A stretch of DNA of 63,951 nt, the filler included, from Reticulomyxa filosa (Eukaryota > Protista > Foraminifera), in the NCBI GenBank assembly GCA_000512085.1. It is 26 parts of 26 records of this genome, joined end to end, with 100 filler letters (N's around TTAATTAATTAA, not from the genome) between each part and the next. Parts side by side here need not be neighbours in the genome. Positions count along the whole stretch, not along the records: positions 24,624 to 29,365 come from ASPP01013594.1; positions 29,466 to 34,147 come from ASPP01024897.1; positions 34,248 to 35,686 come from ASPP01023409.1; positions 35,787 to 36,818 come from ASPP01019250.1; positions 36,919 to 38,200 come from ASPP01042406.1; positions 38,301 to 39,329 come from ASPP01034270.1; positions 39,430 to 43,757 come from ASPP01002896.1; 19 more parts are not named here. One strand, written 5' to 3'. Both the position numbers and the translations under genes were made by a program. The notes under the pieces are model-generated. The model had not been told where the DNA came from. It was given only the letters and a program-made list of their open reading frames with translations, and did not search any database. Positions 25,278 through 39,939 of this stretch are shown one piece after another. Within the stretch, counting starts at the first letter, position 1; every line of letters starts with the position of its first letter.

Positions 25278-25813
25278 TTACACGACGACAACGACGTTTT
25301 GTTGGTTTGTTTATAACAGACCATTATTGTCTACTTGTTTTTTTCTTATTTTTTAATACTGTATTCTAATGTTTATTTTTTTGTTTGGAAATATATCTGA
25401 TGTTTTTTTATTGTTTTCATTTTCTTCTTTTTCGTTTATTGGACTAAAACAATTTTGGGTAAAATAGTGACTAACTTCTAAAAAGTAATGCAACTATAAT
25501 TTTATTTCACGTGCAACTGAAAACAATTTTTCTCTGTTTTCTCAAAACAGAAAACTGGAGAACACATCACGTCAAGTAAAAAGCCTTTGAAAACTAGGAC
25601 AAATCACAATGAAAAAAAGTCAAATGGAGATTAGTAGTACTTTGGTATGGGCAGTGTTTTTTCAACAAGTCTGCCCCCCCCCCTGTGCTTCATATTACCA
25701 AAAGATTAAAGGTGGAGCTGTTGATTGAGCAAGTGATTTAATTGTTCAAGGATTAACTCTAATTCCTTGCACAACTTCGTATGTTTGTTTCCTCGGTGAG
25801 AAATGCGTCGACC

Positions 25814-28800
25814 ATGAGCGCACCATCAGCTGTGCCTTCGAACAGCGAAAACAGCAGAAGTCGTGATGCTTCGTTAGCAGTTGCAAGGGACACTGCAATA
25901 AATGAGGAGGTTTGCAAGTCACAAATAAGTTAAGTTGCCTTTCAAACGGATATGTTTTGTTTTAGAAGTAAATGGAGTAGGAATAAAGTTACATTTGTTA
26001 CCGTTGTTGTTGTTGTTGTGAAAAGCGACCCTTCCTCCTCCTCCTCCTTGTAATGCTTTGTCAATTGAACAAGTGAGTAAATAAATTATTTTTAAAAAAA
26101 TAAATAAATAAACAGAGGAAGAAGTGAGAAATGCAGACCCGTTGCACAACAGTGGGACAGCAGAGAGCAGCAAAAGAAATTGTGGCGACAGTGCTAACAA
26201 AGCAAACAAGCACGACCTATCACCTAATGGCGGCAACGTCCGCAGCGACAACAAAGGTGTTTCCAGCACAGTGCCAACCCGAGAGTTCAAGACTTTCAAA
26301 AAGCACTTAAATATGTTGCAGAGATACGCAGTCGTTTTTTGCATAAGCCTGATGTTTATCAACAGTTTTGCATTTTTTGCAAAGTTTTTAATTTTTTTTT
26401 TTTTTTTTTTTTTTTTACTTATCTGTTTATGGTGCAATATTTCCTTTCATCTTTTGTTTTGTCAAAAAAAAAAAAAATCATTTTATCATTTTTTTTTTTT
26501 AAATAAAAAAAAGTGTACCAACAAGCACACAATGCCAGAAATGTGGCAGAGGAGCTGTCGATTGTGTCACAAATGAAGCATTTGTTCAAATCGCATCCCG
26601 ACTTGTACAGGGTAAGCATGTAATGTATGTATGTATGTGTATGTATGTGTGTGCGTGCTAAAGGTCTATTTGTTGGGTATGTGCATGCGCATTTGTGTGT
26701 CTGTGAATGCGAAAGCAATTGTCGAATTTCTTGAAAAACAATGGGGCGTTTCGATCGAGTGGATCGAGTGGATCGAGTGGTAATGTCCCTGCTGCAGGTT
26801 GTCATGGATTGGGCTCGGCTTGGAGTGCCAGCGCGAGCACAAGCAGTCATGGCAATGGCAGCGTCGGCATCAATGCCAATGTCGCAGTGAATAGCAATGG
26901 TTTGATCAGTGCGAATGGCAGTAGTGCAACGATTGCAAGTGGCATAAATAGCAATAGCAACAACAACAACAACAACAATACGTTTGTGTCCAATCCCCCG
27001 CTATGCATAAACGGCATTTGTCCTGCGGGACAGGCAGCTATATTGGCGCAATCCGCGTTGGCTGCGGGTAGTGGACGAGTGCTTTTCCATATTTCACAGA
27101 ACACGAGTGAGACATTTGCAAATGCATCACCACATTCAAACAACCTGTCATTATCGGTGCCGACAAGACCTGCTGCCAAGCGAATGCGATTGAACGATGG
27201 AAGTGCCTTTGCGTTGTCTTCTCCATGTGAGTCCGCCACTGTGACAGACTATCACAAGCACGCGCGCAGCTGCAACACAAATGAAACAGACGCGGAGAGG
27301 ACGGTTTCTGTGAAAAGTCGTAAGATGGGTCTTTGTTTGTTCGACTGTTTGGAGACGAAACTGTCGAGGTCTTTGTTCGATCAGTTTCGTGTTGCTTTAT
27401 ATATATATATATATATATATTGTGTGGCCTTGGGAGACAACAAAACAAAACAAAACAAAAAAATAGAGTATTGGAGGAAGGACATCTGTATGGACTCGAC
27501 CAATGCGATTTCAACACAATGATCGACAACATATGCAACTTGCTAAGTAAAGAAAGCTTGGAAGCCGTGTCAAAGGAAGTCCGAAGCCAATTGAACAAAC
27601 AATCTCCCGGAATGTATGCCTATCGGGAAATGGAAAAAGATTTTTATGAATATACAACCAATCCAAACCTGTTGAGGCAGTTAGAAAAAGTTTTGTGTAT
27701 GTGTGCATTGAGAAAAAAAAAGAAAAAAAAGAAAAAAAAAGGTAAACATGTTTTGAATTTGTTTATACTTACAATTAACTCCACAAAACAGAAACAAGCG
27801 TCGTATCGCAAATTGCCCGACTTTGTGGTGCAGCCGCGTTGTTCGGGACGGACCCCGCTGGTGGACCAGGTGCTGAACCATTGGTTCGTGAGTAAGCCGA
27901 TTGGACACGAAGGCCCCGGCAACGAACACAACGGGGTGCAGTTGAAGAATCGCTACAAAGATGAGCTGCTACAGAACGAAGAGGATATGTTCGAGTTGGA
28001 CCTAATGATCGAAACCAACCGAGCTGCAAGACGCAAATTGGAGCATTTGTTTCATTCTCATATCTCCAATGTGCGACTCAATGGTGTGATCCACTTGTGT
28101 CTTTTTTATTGCAAATAAAATTTTTTTTTTTTGAGATTTGAACAACGGTTCCAAAAGTTTATTCCAATTGCAAATATATATATGTATATATACGTAAACC
28201 CAGTGCCTCTTTACCAATTCAAACTCGAGCTCACAAGCATTGAGAAACGATCCATCACACGACTATTTGGAGAGAGTGGCAAAAAGGTATTGTCCATATT
28301 GCTCAAGACTCCACAAACTGCAGTTATGTGATGCCTTATAAAATTGTGTACGTTTTGTTTTAAATGACGTGTTTTGTTTTTGTTTTGCCTTGAATCAGAT
28401 CCCAATCGTACTGAAGCGCTTGCATGAAAAAGAAAAGGATTGGATGAATTTGCGTGCCGAAATGAGACCCGTGTGGTACACCCAATCTGTAAATAAATAT
28501 TATAAAGCCCACGACCATCGCTTTACTGTGTTCAAAACGGCAGATAATCGTCGGTCGCAGCCAAAGAGTTGATCCTTCGCCTTTGTTTGGTTTTGGTTTT
28601 GTTCTTTGTTTCAATTGGTGGTTGTGTAAGTACATTTGCAATGGATATGCAATGGAGTTGGAGAACACACTTGAAACGAACAACAAAAAAAAAAAAAAAA
28701 AAAAAACGAATTTGGTCCAACAAATGAAAGAAAGACACGCGAAACGACAAAAAAGATCCCAACTACGGTTTCGTTGACTCAAAGTCCTACATGGAACGAG

Positions 28801-29365
28801 CCATTCAGCGCGAAGACGTCCTGATGAAGATCGAGCACGTCAAGACCAGCGATGCCAACGAGTCCGCTTTGTGTGTGGTCTCACCGATGGCCAAATGTTG
28901 CGACAACGCCAGTCCAAGTAATCCCACGGAAAGAGGAGAGAAAGAAGAGGAGAAGGAAGAACAAGGGGAAAGAGATGATAGTGTAGGAGAAAAAAGAGGA
29001 AGAGAAGAAGATGATGAAAATGAAGAAGAAGAAGAAGCAGAGGTAGAGGTAGAGGTAGAAGCAGAGGTAGAAGTAGAGCCAGAACCAGAACCAGACCAGA
29101 ACCAGAGCCAGAGCCAGAGCCAGAGGAGAACGAAGCAGAAGACAAACACAGTGATGTTGACATTGCGATTATATTGCCATCTGATTCTTCTCGCGATATT
29201 GGTGCCAATGTCAATGTTACAAACACAATAACAACGTCGGAAGCAAATGCAATGGATGTTGGTCGCAACCATCCAATCCAATCACAATCACAATCACAAT
29301 CACAATCACAACCACAATCGCAATCGCAATCGCAGTCTCAATGTCCATCCCAATCTCAATCCGAA
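25814..29365 (+). CDS. SIN3: Sin3 transcriptional co-repressor (PAH + HDAC-interaction domain), multi-exon, 3' truncated
   Basis: PAH-like ALKYVAEI and MKHLFKSHPDLY. HID motifs SYRKLP...CSGRTPLVDQVLNHWFVSKP, KNRYKDELLQNEEDMFELDLMIETN, and IPIVLKRLHEKEKDW...YYKAHDHR..FK..D. Confidence 0.9.
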
Positions 29366-29467
29366 NNNNNNNNNNNNNNNNNNNNNNNNNNNNNNNNNNN
29401 NNNNNNNNNTTAATTAATTAANNNNNNNNNNNNNNNNNNNNNNNNNNNNNNNNNNNNNNNNNNNNAT

Positions 29468-29776
29468 ATAAAAATAGAAAAAGATGATGATAAAAGTAAA
29501 GAAAAATTATTTGATACTGAAAAAAGATGGCAAAGAATAATATTAAATGATTTAGAAAATATACCAATAGGATTATTATTACTTTGGGGTGGATTAATTA
29601 TTCCATCTTCTAATAATAATACAACACGAATTTGTTCTATTGTTTTTCTTGTTTCAAGAATATTACATTCCTTTTTTTATATTTTTCAATTAATGCCATG
29701 GAGATTTTTTGCATGGCTTTCAGGATTGTTGTCTATTATTGCCCAGCTTGTTAATTTGGTTTCTGCTGTTCTTTAA
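29468..29776 (+). CDS. MAPEG family protein (microsomal GST/PGE synthase-like), 3' part
   Basis: Not in the ORF track. Reads ...EKRWQRIILNDLENIPIGLLLLWG...FLVSRILHSFFYIFQLMPWRFFAW...VL*; NDLENIP and R.LH are MAPEG hallmarks. Confidence 0.8.
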   Translation: MKIEKDDDKSKEKLFDTEKRWQRIILNDLENIPIGLLLLWGGLIIPSSNNNTTRICSIVFLVSRILHSFFYIFQLMPWRFFAWLSGLLSIIAQLVNLVSAVL

Positions 29777-30121
29777 GCTTTTTTTTCTTTTGTTTATTCA
29801 ATTCAAACCTTGTAAGTAAATTCCAAATTTAATCCATATCACTTTTTCCACTCACATTTATAAGTATGTTGTTGATTCTTTAAAAGTAACTTCATTTGAG
29901 TACATTTTTCAAATATACTAATAATCAAAGAGAAAAGAAACAGAATGTACTTGGTGGAGTATTTTTAAGTAATCTATCAGATTGCACGTATGTATCTGGA
30001 TGAACAAAGACTCTTCTAGTTAATTATAATTTGAGCATTTCATTTTTATTTAAAGTTTAAAAAACGTTAATGTACAAGGAAAAAAATTAATATTTGAAAT
30101 ATTCACTTATTTGTAGCAAAA

Positions 30122-30965
30122 TTACTTTGACTGGTTTGAAATCTCTTCGGCGTGCCTCGTGCAGTACCATTGCCCTTTTCTCTTAGTTCCAAATTTTCTT
30201 ACGAAAGTATTTTTGCAATTTGCAGCTGCGCAAGATACTTTTAAAGATTTTTCATATTCAGCTGAGCACGACTGACTGCAAAAATATCTACGTTGTCGTC
30301 CTTCTGACAGTTCAACGAGCTTTTTTTCGAAAATAGAGAATGCAAGTAATGAAATAAAATTAGTTTTATCAAAGAAGGACCTGTTGATCATTTGAAAACA
30401 ATTGCAGACAATGGTAACAGCAGTACTTCTTTTTAGAAAAATTAATTTGCGCTACTGTACTTGTTGAAGCAGATTTCTCGTTAGCTCGTTGCATTTGTTC
30501 AGCGGTTTTCTGTTTTAAAAACAATTAAAATAAACCCAAAACTATGGTCGGAATAAAATATATGGCATACAAGGAATTGGCCAGAATTATTTTGATTTTC
30601 TTTTAGTGCTTGCTTTTTATCTTTCTGATTCAAGCGCTGGAGCAACTATACTCATTCAATATTCGAAATGTTTATCAAAAAATTTTTAAAGACAAAGAGA
30701 AATTGTTGCCTGATTTGCATAATTCTTTCCGTCAAAATTTCGTGCCCCTCTCCAGACATATCCGCGAGATTTTATTTTGTCGAAGCTTTTAAACAAGACA
30801 AAACTTGGATAAATTAAAATTATTTAAATTTTTGTCTAACTGTATTTTTTCCTGTTTTTCTGAATGATCCTTATAAATATTTAGTTTCATTTCTTTTGCA
30901 GCTATTTCCCGTTCAAGTTGTTCTAGTTCATCGCTGAGTTACACGGCATATATTTGCTCCATTCA
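30122..30965 (-). CDS. Multi-exon protein with C-terminal FCS/MYM(TRASH)-like zinc ligands
   Basis: CYHC...YFCSQSC...CAAANC...WYCTRH in the last exons. Upstream exons (FDKIKSRGYVWRGARNFDGK etc.) and the start are approximate. Confidence 0.4.
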
Positions 30966-31364
30966 AACATTTTTAGACCTTACCTATCGGTTACGTAACT
31001 TGCAACTAGTTTTTGCAAAGCCGTCTAAAATATCGATTTCTTCCAAATGAGTCATTTTTTATAATATTTCTGTATTTTCAAACAACTAAGTAGTTGACAA
31101 ACTTTCTATGAATTTGCGTCAATTCAAACCCACAAAAACAGAATTCAAAGATTGACCTTTCTATAGTTATTAACTTTAATAAAATTATGTAATGTCTTTT
31201 ATATTTGAAAATCTTCAATTTTTATTTAGATAAAAAGTAATAAAGCGATTTTTCAATTAATAAAAAAATGTTAAGGATAACCATAAAAAGATCCAATTTA
31301 AAGTATTCCTTTGCATAACTTGCAGAAAGGACACCAAAACACTTTTTTTTGGAAAGTTTGTGGG

Positions 31365-32656
31365 ATGTCATCAAGTGCTCTTAAAGAATCAATAAAACTA
31401 AGCGAAAAAATAAATAAAAACGAGGACTTTGGAGAAAATATCCATAATATCATGTGCTGCATCTTTCGTGAAGAGCTGGACATACTGACCTTCCAGGAAT
31501 ATCTGTTTCATTGCGTTAGTCCTTACTCACCCCACTGGTTGTTGTGCTTTGTGCCTCAATTAAAGCGTTACAGCATCTGTCACATTGTAAGTGTTTATAT
31601 AAAAGGTGTGCCCGATGAAGTATATCTGGATCGGCGGTCAATTTCGGATTACAAAAATGTATTACGCACATTCACTCGACTTTCTAATAAAATATTAAGA
31701 GGCCGAATAACAGAATTAGACTGTTATCGCTATGTAACCGAGAATACTCAGCCATTGACAAAGCACTGGATAAAATTTCATGCCTCAACAATTGATAATG
31801 TAGATATTGCCCAACTCATTGTGGAATATATCCAATCTCTCCAAGTCATGAACTTGCCACTGTTTAGATCCTTAGCTTACGGAGGCACTCTTTTTTCTCT
31901 CTCTGTTCTTTTTGCACATGTATAGCTCTGCCTGCGTGTGTGTATACGTACAACTCTATATCTGTATAAAGCAATACAACTCTTGATGAATCCTATGTTC
32001 GTCCACCGTTGACTTTGTCGCTTTGGTTTTATTCCGACATGTTGATTTGTCCAACGGCGAATGGAGTGCATACAGTGTTGAGTGCGGGAGTGATTGACAA
32101 TGGCGGATTTTCCTTTTGCATTGATAATAAAGGTATCCTCGAAGTAACGTTTGGGATGAAAACCAGTACAAAGTCGCTTTCGAATTGGCTTACCGAGCAT
32201 AAAACTGTAAAGATCAAGTATGAATTGTCGACAAATGATGACAAAAAAGGATCGAAACGCTGGCTCCATATTTTGTCGACTTTTGATGGCTCCAAATTAA
32301 AGCTCTATATCAATGGCAAATTTCGAGAATGTGACAACAATTGGAATGTTAACCAAACCAAATCTCCAATTGATCAAATCCAATCCAAAACAATCCAATT
32401 ATGCGTTGGAGGGGGTTTCCGCAAAGCACTTGTTCATGACTTGCGTTTTTACAGAGGCATTGCTTCCAGTAAAACTAATACTATAATCCCCATTTATAAT
32501 GGTTGCTCAATCCAAAACTCGCAAACTTTGGAGTTGTTGTTACGGTGGAAAGGTGCCAAATGCATTCAAAATCCTAAGTTTTCTGGAAGCGAGGAAACAA
32601 GCTTTTGGTTTGTGGATGACGGGCTGCCTTTTCAAATATGTTCTAAGAACAATTAA
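31365..32656 (+). CDS. Protein with C-terminal LamG/concanavalin A-like domain
   Basis: TLSLWF...WLHILSTFDGSKLKLYING...VHDLRFY is a LamG_3 signature. Joined to the upstream ORF through an intron at ~31885-31965. Confidence 0.7.
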
Positions 32657-33014
32657 TTTTTTGGAAAAACAATTATCAAAGAGTAAAAGTTTTAAAAAAT
32701 CAATATTGATACTTCTTCAAATTTCAAATAGCCTATTTGTTTTTGACAGAAGATTTTTCTATCTTTAATGTAATTTTTTGATATTACTCAGCCTCAAAAG
32801 AACACATTTGAAAGCAATTAATCGTTTTTTAGCCATTTTTTTCCGATTGTAACTGTACATTTATGCATGGTGCACTGAAATGTAGCAAATCTGCAAAAAT
32901 TATTTGCATTGTTTAAAAATAAGACAATAAGAATCAGAAACAAGGGGTTTTAAAAAAAAGATCGCAATAATTGGACATAATGTATAGAGAGAAGCATCTA
33001 TTCGCATATTGTGA

Positions 33015-34050
33015 ATGCAAAAAGTATTTTTGGACTATAAGTCAGCCATGCTTAATCCCCCTGCAGATCCTTTTGAGAGAAGTCTATTATTTTCGCGTGT
33101 TCGAAAGTACTCGGTTCGTTTCCAATACGTAATGTGGAACATATTAGCCGTGGTTTGTGTGTACTCCTGGGATGACAGCGTCTTGAGGGAGTGGATAGAA
33201 CATGATTACGCAAGCCGGAATATATTATATCATTTAGTGCAGCTTGCTTCGATTGTTTTGTATTGTTTGACGACGTTTGGCGATCCAGGATTCGTTCCTT
33301 TGTTTACTGGTGAAGGCTATTTTAAAAAAAGGGGGAGAGAAAAATTTGCGAAGTGCCGTTTTTTGATTTTTTTTTTTTTGAAAACATATGTATGTATATA
33401 TATAAATCAAATTGCAACAATCAGTGGAAGAGCAGAAACGGTTTGAGAACAAACTAAAGAATGAGGTTGCAACCCCCCAAAAAAAGTCGCAATCAATTGT
33501 AGATGACAAAAGCAAAAACGCGAAGGAAAATGAAGAAAATAGAAATGATAATGGTGATAACAACAATGATGATGACGACGATGACGACGATGATGAAGAA
33601 ACATCATCGATGATGAAAACGGGCATTCACAATGTTGGAGAAGAAAAAGTGGCTCGTGTTTCGAGAGCGCACCCTCCGGAACAATTTTGCTACCGTTGCA
33701 AATTCTTGCGGCCGATGCGAAGCAAACACTGCTATGATTGCGATCGCTGCGTCATCAAATTTGATCATCATTGTCCGTTTATGGGAAATTGCATTGGTGG
33801 CTATAATCATCGTTACTTTGTGTTATTTGGATGGGTACAAAGCATCGTTGTCATTGGGGCTGTCTTGTTTGGCGTTGACACTATTTTTAATAGGAGTGCT
33901 GATGACTACGCCAAACGCACTGCCATTGGCTGGATTTCACGCGTTTTGTATATGCTACTCATCAGCTTTGGTTTGTTTGCTGCAATCAGTATCACCGGCT
34001 TTCATACGTATTTGATGGCCACTGGACAAACTACTTTTGAAATGATGCGA
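33015..34050 (+). CDS. DHHC palmitoyl acyltransferase (3' truncated)
   Basis: TMs plus DPG, then CYRC..LRPMRSKHCYDCDRCVIKFDHHCPFMGNCIG..NHRYF and the TTFE motif. Confidence 0.95.
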
Positions 34051-36918
34051 GTTGCGTACACGTGCATATTCACATGCGTGCACATACGTATACATTTGCA
34101 CATTATGTATTTTTTTTTTATATATTTATGTTTGGAGTATGTATACGNNNNNNNNNNNNNNNNNNNNNNNNNNNNNNNNNNNNNNNNNNNNTTAATTAAT
34201 TAANNNNNNNNNNNNNNNNNNNNNNNNNNNNNNNNNNNNNNNNNNNNAGATGAGTTGGATAGCAGAGATTGCTGATGTCAACAGCGAATATATGTCGACA
34301 ATGCTAATCAACGGAACTGCGACCAGCATCACATACTTGTCTGGCATTGCCACAGTTTGGATCTTATCATCTTACTTCAGATGAAATGCTCTTGGTGGAA
34401 AAAACTACGCCAGCAGAAGAAGTATTGACATTGTGGTTGTCGTCGACAAACGACAAAAATAATGCTCAACGAGCGCTTTATCAAATGCAAGATAGAAAGG
34501 CAAAATGCGATTGCAAAGAAAGCAAAAGTATTGAATTTGATATCATGATTAAAGTCTTTGACGAGTGGCCAGTTAGCGAAACGTTACTTTGGACTTTAAG
34601 ACATAAACTTTAAATTAGACTATCATTTTATCAATATGACATTTGTCAAGCTTATTTTAATTGTCATTGTGGCAATAAGAATCAAGTATTACTGGTCTGT
34701 TTCATGTTATTGCAATTTTTCTGTTGATTTAACTACTTTTTTTTTTTCAGAACAACACTTTTTTTTTGTTTGTATGTACTGGCCAATACAGGAATATTCG
34801 ATTTGAAAAAAAGTATGTGGCTATAGAATCATTACAATCATTCATCGGAAATGTTTTATTGTGCACAATACATCAGACTTCGATACACAGTTTTAAATTA
34901 GATTTAGTGATATTATTACTGGACAAAAATCAACACAAGGGCATTGAATGACATGCTGAAACTATTGTGTGATATCTCAGCAGCTAAAAAATGCGTTTCG
35001 AATTGATCAAGAAAACTTTAATCATGGCCACTAATGTGGAAACTAGAAATAAAGTGATAAATATTTTTATTATGTACAAAACTATCTTTTATCAATAACT
35101 AAGATAAAATATATATTAATTTATTTTTTTTCCATTTCAGAACCCAGTAAAAGAACCAAGACTAAATACACGTATTAATAAAACGTAGAATGCTTAGTAT
35201 TTAGAAAGTGGAATTTTAATAATTTTTTTTTTGGTACGTACATAGGTGTTTTTAAATAATTAGTGATGTACGATTTTTTTGGTCTGGCGATGAATAGAAA
35301 AAGTATTGACAATAGGCTGGCCAGTATCTTCATATCTTTGTCTTCTTCTGTTTTTTTATTGTTGTGTTAGTGTCGGTGCGTGTTCCTTTTTGTACTTTTT
35401 TTAATTATAAATATTTTGAAAATAAAGGAAAAAGAAAAAAAAAAATGAACATTCTCAGTCAAATCAAAATGGTCAAATTCAATATCAATTTTTTTTTTCA
35501 TAAAAAATGAAAAATGAATTTAATCGTTGGGCGCGAAGTGATCTCGAATTTTTTCAATTTGGGTCATTTTTTGTGATTTGTGGGTCATTTTTTATTTTTT
35601 TTGAACCAATTTTTAAAAAATTAACCAGTTTTTTTTTAAAAAAAGTGTCGGATGGGGGGATGTGGTTCAAGTTTTTTATTTTTTATNNNNNNNNNNNNNN
35701 NNNNNNNNNNNNNNNNNNNNNNNNNNNNNNTTAATTAATTAANNNNNNNNNNNNNNNNNNNNNNNNNNNNNNNNNNNNNNNNNNNNTGTCATACATGTGC
35801 TTATTTTTGTGGACATACATATATATGTATATATTAAAAATTATAATATTATGTTTAATTTAGAAAATATTATTTTTCAAATCAATTTCATTTCGTTAAT
35901 ATGTATATTTTTTTTTTTTTCAATATAGACATGAATTACATTTTAAACATGATTTTTATTGTACATACATAACACTTTTTTTAAAGTTTTTAAATTTGAG
36001 AAACAATGAACAAATACACAAGCAATAAATACAAATGATGAATGTCCATTAAATGTCTAAATTTGTTTGTTCTTCTTTATTTTCATTTATCTGTTTTTTT
36101 TTCTTTAAAATTTTTTGCTCATTATTTGTTGTTTGCAAATCAAACAAATAAATGGGAAAATTTTACAAAAATCAACACTATTTGAAAAAAGGTCATTTCA
36201 CAAATTGTTTTTACTTTTAAAATTAAAAGAGATAATATATTCTAAATGCTGAAATCATGTGATAAGAAGACAAAACATTTATTGTTAAAGATGAAAGCAA
36301 AAACAATCCTTATTTGTAAATTTCATGTAAAAAATGAATACAGCTTATTTTCCTTGTTTACATAGTTTTGTTTTCTTACTACAAACGAAATAACAAAATA
36401 TAATTGGAAAAAGAAACACATTGAATTCAAACAAGGTAAATCAATGGATATAAACATTGTTCAATTTAATGATATACAATATATTTATGTAACTTTTTAT
36501 ATTTTTTTGAAAAGCCTTTTGTTGTTATGTCCAAATTCAAAATACAAACAAAATATCACTTGAAGGGACAATATAAAATACCATTACAGAGTTAAACTCT
36601 AACATGAATAAAACTTGTTTTGATTTCTTTTTTCAAAGTCAAATATTCAAATTTTTACTCTTCAAGCTTAGCAAAGCAATAATCAATTTAAACAGAAACA
36701 AACACATGCAAAGTTTATAAAGTTGTGCTAAATCACACTTCTGGTTTCAACATCAAAGTTTCTTTTTTTTTTAACATTCTTTAAAAACTACAAAACGCTA
36801 TTTTCAAAGTTTTTATTGNNNNNNNNNNNNNNNNNNNNNNNNNNNNNNNNNNNNNNNNNNNNTTAATTAATTAANNNNNNNNNNNNNNNNNNNNNNNNNN
36901 NNNNNNNNNNNNNNNNNN

Positions 36919-37135
36919 CAATATGTTTGAATCCAATATGTTTGAATCCAATATGTTTTAATTCAATATGTTTTAATCCAATATGTTTGAATTTATCTTC
37001 CATCTCTACAAATATTTGTTCTAAATTTGGACTTGATATATAATATTTGGAAAAGAAGTAATTGTATAAAGCTTGTTTGTGAATTTGACGATATTTCAAA
37101 ATATTCCATAAAATATACAGACACATTTCTTTCAA
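36919..37135 (-). pseudogene. Degenerate member of a lineage-expanded family (LWNILKY..IHKQALYNY), ending in a 15-bp tandem repeat (KHIGF)n
   Basis: ORF-track peptide, plus caatatgtttgaatc-type unit repeated about 5 times at 36919-36992. Confidence 0.4.
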
Positions 37136-39939
37136 TCTATTATTTTACAAATTATTTTTATTTTACATTATATTTGTATTTTTTTTATATTTAACTCATT
37201 CAAGTTGGAAGTTGCACAAATCTCTTCTAATTTCGCGTGTGTATCATTATAAATTTGATTGCAATTTCTCCATGTATGTGATATTGTTGCTTTTTCAAGC
37301 TGATTGCCAAAATTTTCAAATAATCGTATCAAATGCTGTTGTTGCTGTAAATTTGTGCTTCAAAACAAATCCTTTTTTTCTATTGACGTTCAGAAACTGA
37401 GTTAAAGTGTTATTTCAAAAATTTAAGAGAGCAAATGTTTTTACTCAAAATACAAATAAATCAATTTGTTATAACTTGTAATATTGTCACTTGTTCATTT
37501 ACTTGTGATGATAATTTAGCACAACTGTCTTTCAATGCATTTTTTGACATTATCTTAAGATAAAATTGGACTCATTAATATTATTAATAGCATGTACTAG
37601 ATATGAAATTATTTGCACTTTAAATGTAGATTTAGTTTTTAATCAGCAATTTGCGTCAATATCTGTAAGTCTTTTGGATTAATTTATTACAGTACAATAA
37701 TAATCTTTTTCCTTATTTCAATCCGATATTTTTTAAAAAACAAGATTATGTGGATGTACTGTATGTGAAATTACAGCTTTTTTCTTTGAAAAAAAACAGG
37801 AAAGAGCACTTTGTTTTCGTTTTTACTCTGTTAAAGTTGTGCAAGCATGACACTGATGAAGTCAACATCAAACAAAATTCTTTTCTTTTTTTCACAGTAG
37901 GATATTATTTATCCCATTTAATTTATTCACAAAAATGAATGAAATTATAAAAAAAAATTATTTGACAAAAAACTGTTTTGAAAAAAAAAAGACAAAAAAA
38001 TTTAATAATTATATTCATCCCCAAACATGAACTTGCCCTTTCCATGAACCATAACATAAATGAAGTCCATAATTATTTATATTACTTCTATTATTTTTTA
38101 ATGACACGAATCTAATACAGCACACTTCATCATCTCCTTTTTCATTTACTTTCATAACATACAATTCATTCTTATTTGATCGAATATCCCAAAATCGAAT
38201 NNNNNNNNNNNNNNNNNNNNNNNNNNNNNNNNNNNNNNNNNNNNTTAATTAATTAANNNNNNNNNNNNNNNNNNNNNNNNNNNNNNNNNNNNNNNNNNNN
38301 TTGTGATAAACAAGCTATTGAATGGAGACTTCCAATTTATCAATCAAAATGTGCTGATGACAATAATTACAATGATATTCTATATCCTTATTTGGCATCA
38401 TCAAGCTTAATTGATCCAAAGATTCATCTGGATATTCGTTGTCGAAAAAAGGTGGCATTGTGAACAACAAACTTCGATTCCAAGCCATTTCTGGGACTAT
38501 CAATTTTATCAAGATTCCATATCGAACAATTCAAGCCAAATTACTCATGTTCGAGTCTCTCTATCAAAAAAAGAAGAAAGCCAACCAGTTGATGTGAATT
38601 TGAAACAAATAGTTACCTTTCTTTTTTTTTCCAATAATCTCCAATTAATGTGTTATTTCTGTAAATACATATATAGGTTTGAAACAAAAAATATTATCTA
38701 AGTGAAGTCGTTATAGATTAATAATTTATTCAGAGCATAGTCTGTATATAATATATATTCCGTTGCTGACCATGTTTGGCCGAATTGGGAGCATCGAACG
38801 TCTTATTCTCAGTGGCAGATGATATTGGTACTGTTTATAAGCCACATGATCCCTTTCCAATAATAGTATGCCCAAATTGCTCCTCTTCAAATCGCATTGA
38901 AGAACAATCAAATACTGAACATAGATCATCGATTTGTGAACACGGTTTCCAATTTATTACATGTCGTCGTTATCAAGTAAATGCGTAATTCCTCTGGAAA
39001 AAGGCGCAAGTACAAGTGCATTTAATAACGTCCAGAAAACAAAAAAAATTCGGATCGTGCTCAATAATATTTGGATCGGCTTCACAAATGTATCTATTGG
39101 CATATCCACAATTACATTACCGACCTTAAAATATAACAGTACCACCAGTGATTACAAAGACAACGTGCTATATTTCAAGGTATATATTGTTTGTATCATA
39201 TTTTCGTTGTGTAATAATGTCTTAATCAAACCAATGTGAACATGGACCTTTTCATTGTAGAATGGTTTACTTTAGAGTTGGAATGAAAGCAAGAGAAAGA
39301 GGAAGAAGAAGAAGAAGAAGAAGAAAAAGNNNNNNNNNNNNNNNNNNNNNNNNNNNNNNNNNNNNNNNNNNNNTTAATTAATTAANNNNNNNNNNNNNNN
39401 NNNNNNNNNNNNNNNNNNNNNNNNNNNNNTTTTTTATTGGAAATATTTTTCAAGTTAAACAAAAAGTATTTGCAAGAAGTGTAAATAAAGTTCTTATTAT
39501 TAGTGTATATGTTTTATTGTCCAAAATAGGATGGTCTTTCATACCTCCACAATATTATTTATCTACACTCAGGGATCCTCCTAAACCATCATGTATTAGC
39601 AGGATCTTTTAAAATAAATATGAAAAATTATTTTTTTTTATTTTTTTTATGCTGGGATTGATGACATCATGCATTGTCACATCATGATTGAGGGACCTAT
39701 GCATGTTTCATATCGTAATACTTGAATGTTTATTGAAAATTTTAGTTGGTCTATGATGAACTTGCAATCATTTTGTTGTTCAATCCAAATATAAACAAAT
39801 ACAGGTGAAATTTTAAAAAAAATCAGTGCAAAAAGGAACAATTTTTCACCGTACAAAACCCAACAGAAAACAGAAATTCCCAGAATTGACAAAAAATAAC
39901 ACTTCGGCTTTTTTTCACATCACTCACCCTCCCACATTC

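Noticed and set aside
34248-36818. Short ORFs and AT-rich stretches
   Set aside because: No motifs, RNA genes or clear repeat structure seen.
38301-39329. Fragmented ORFs with CPNC
   Set aside because: Probably a decayed gene, but frame and family could not be established.
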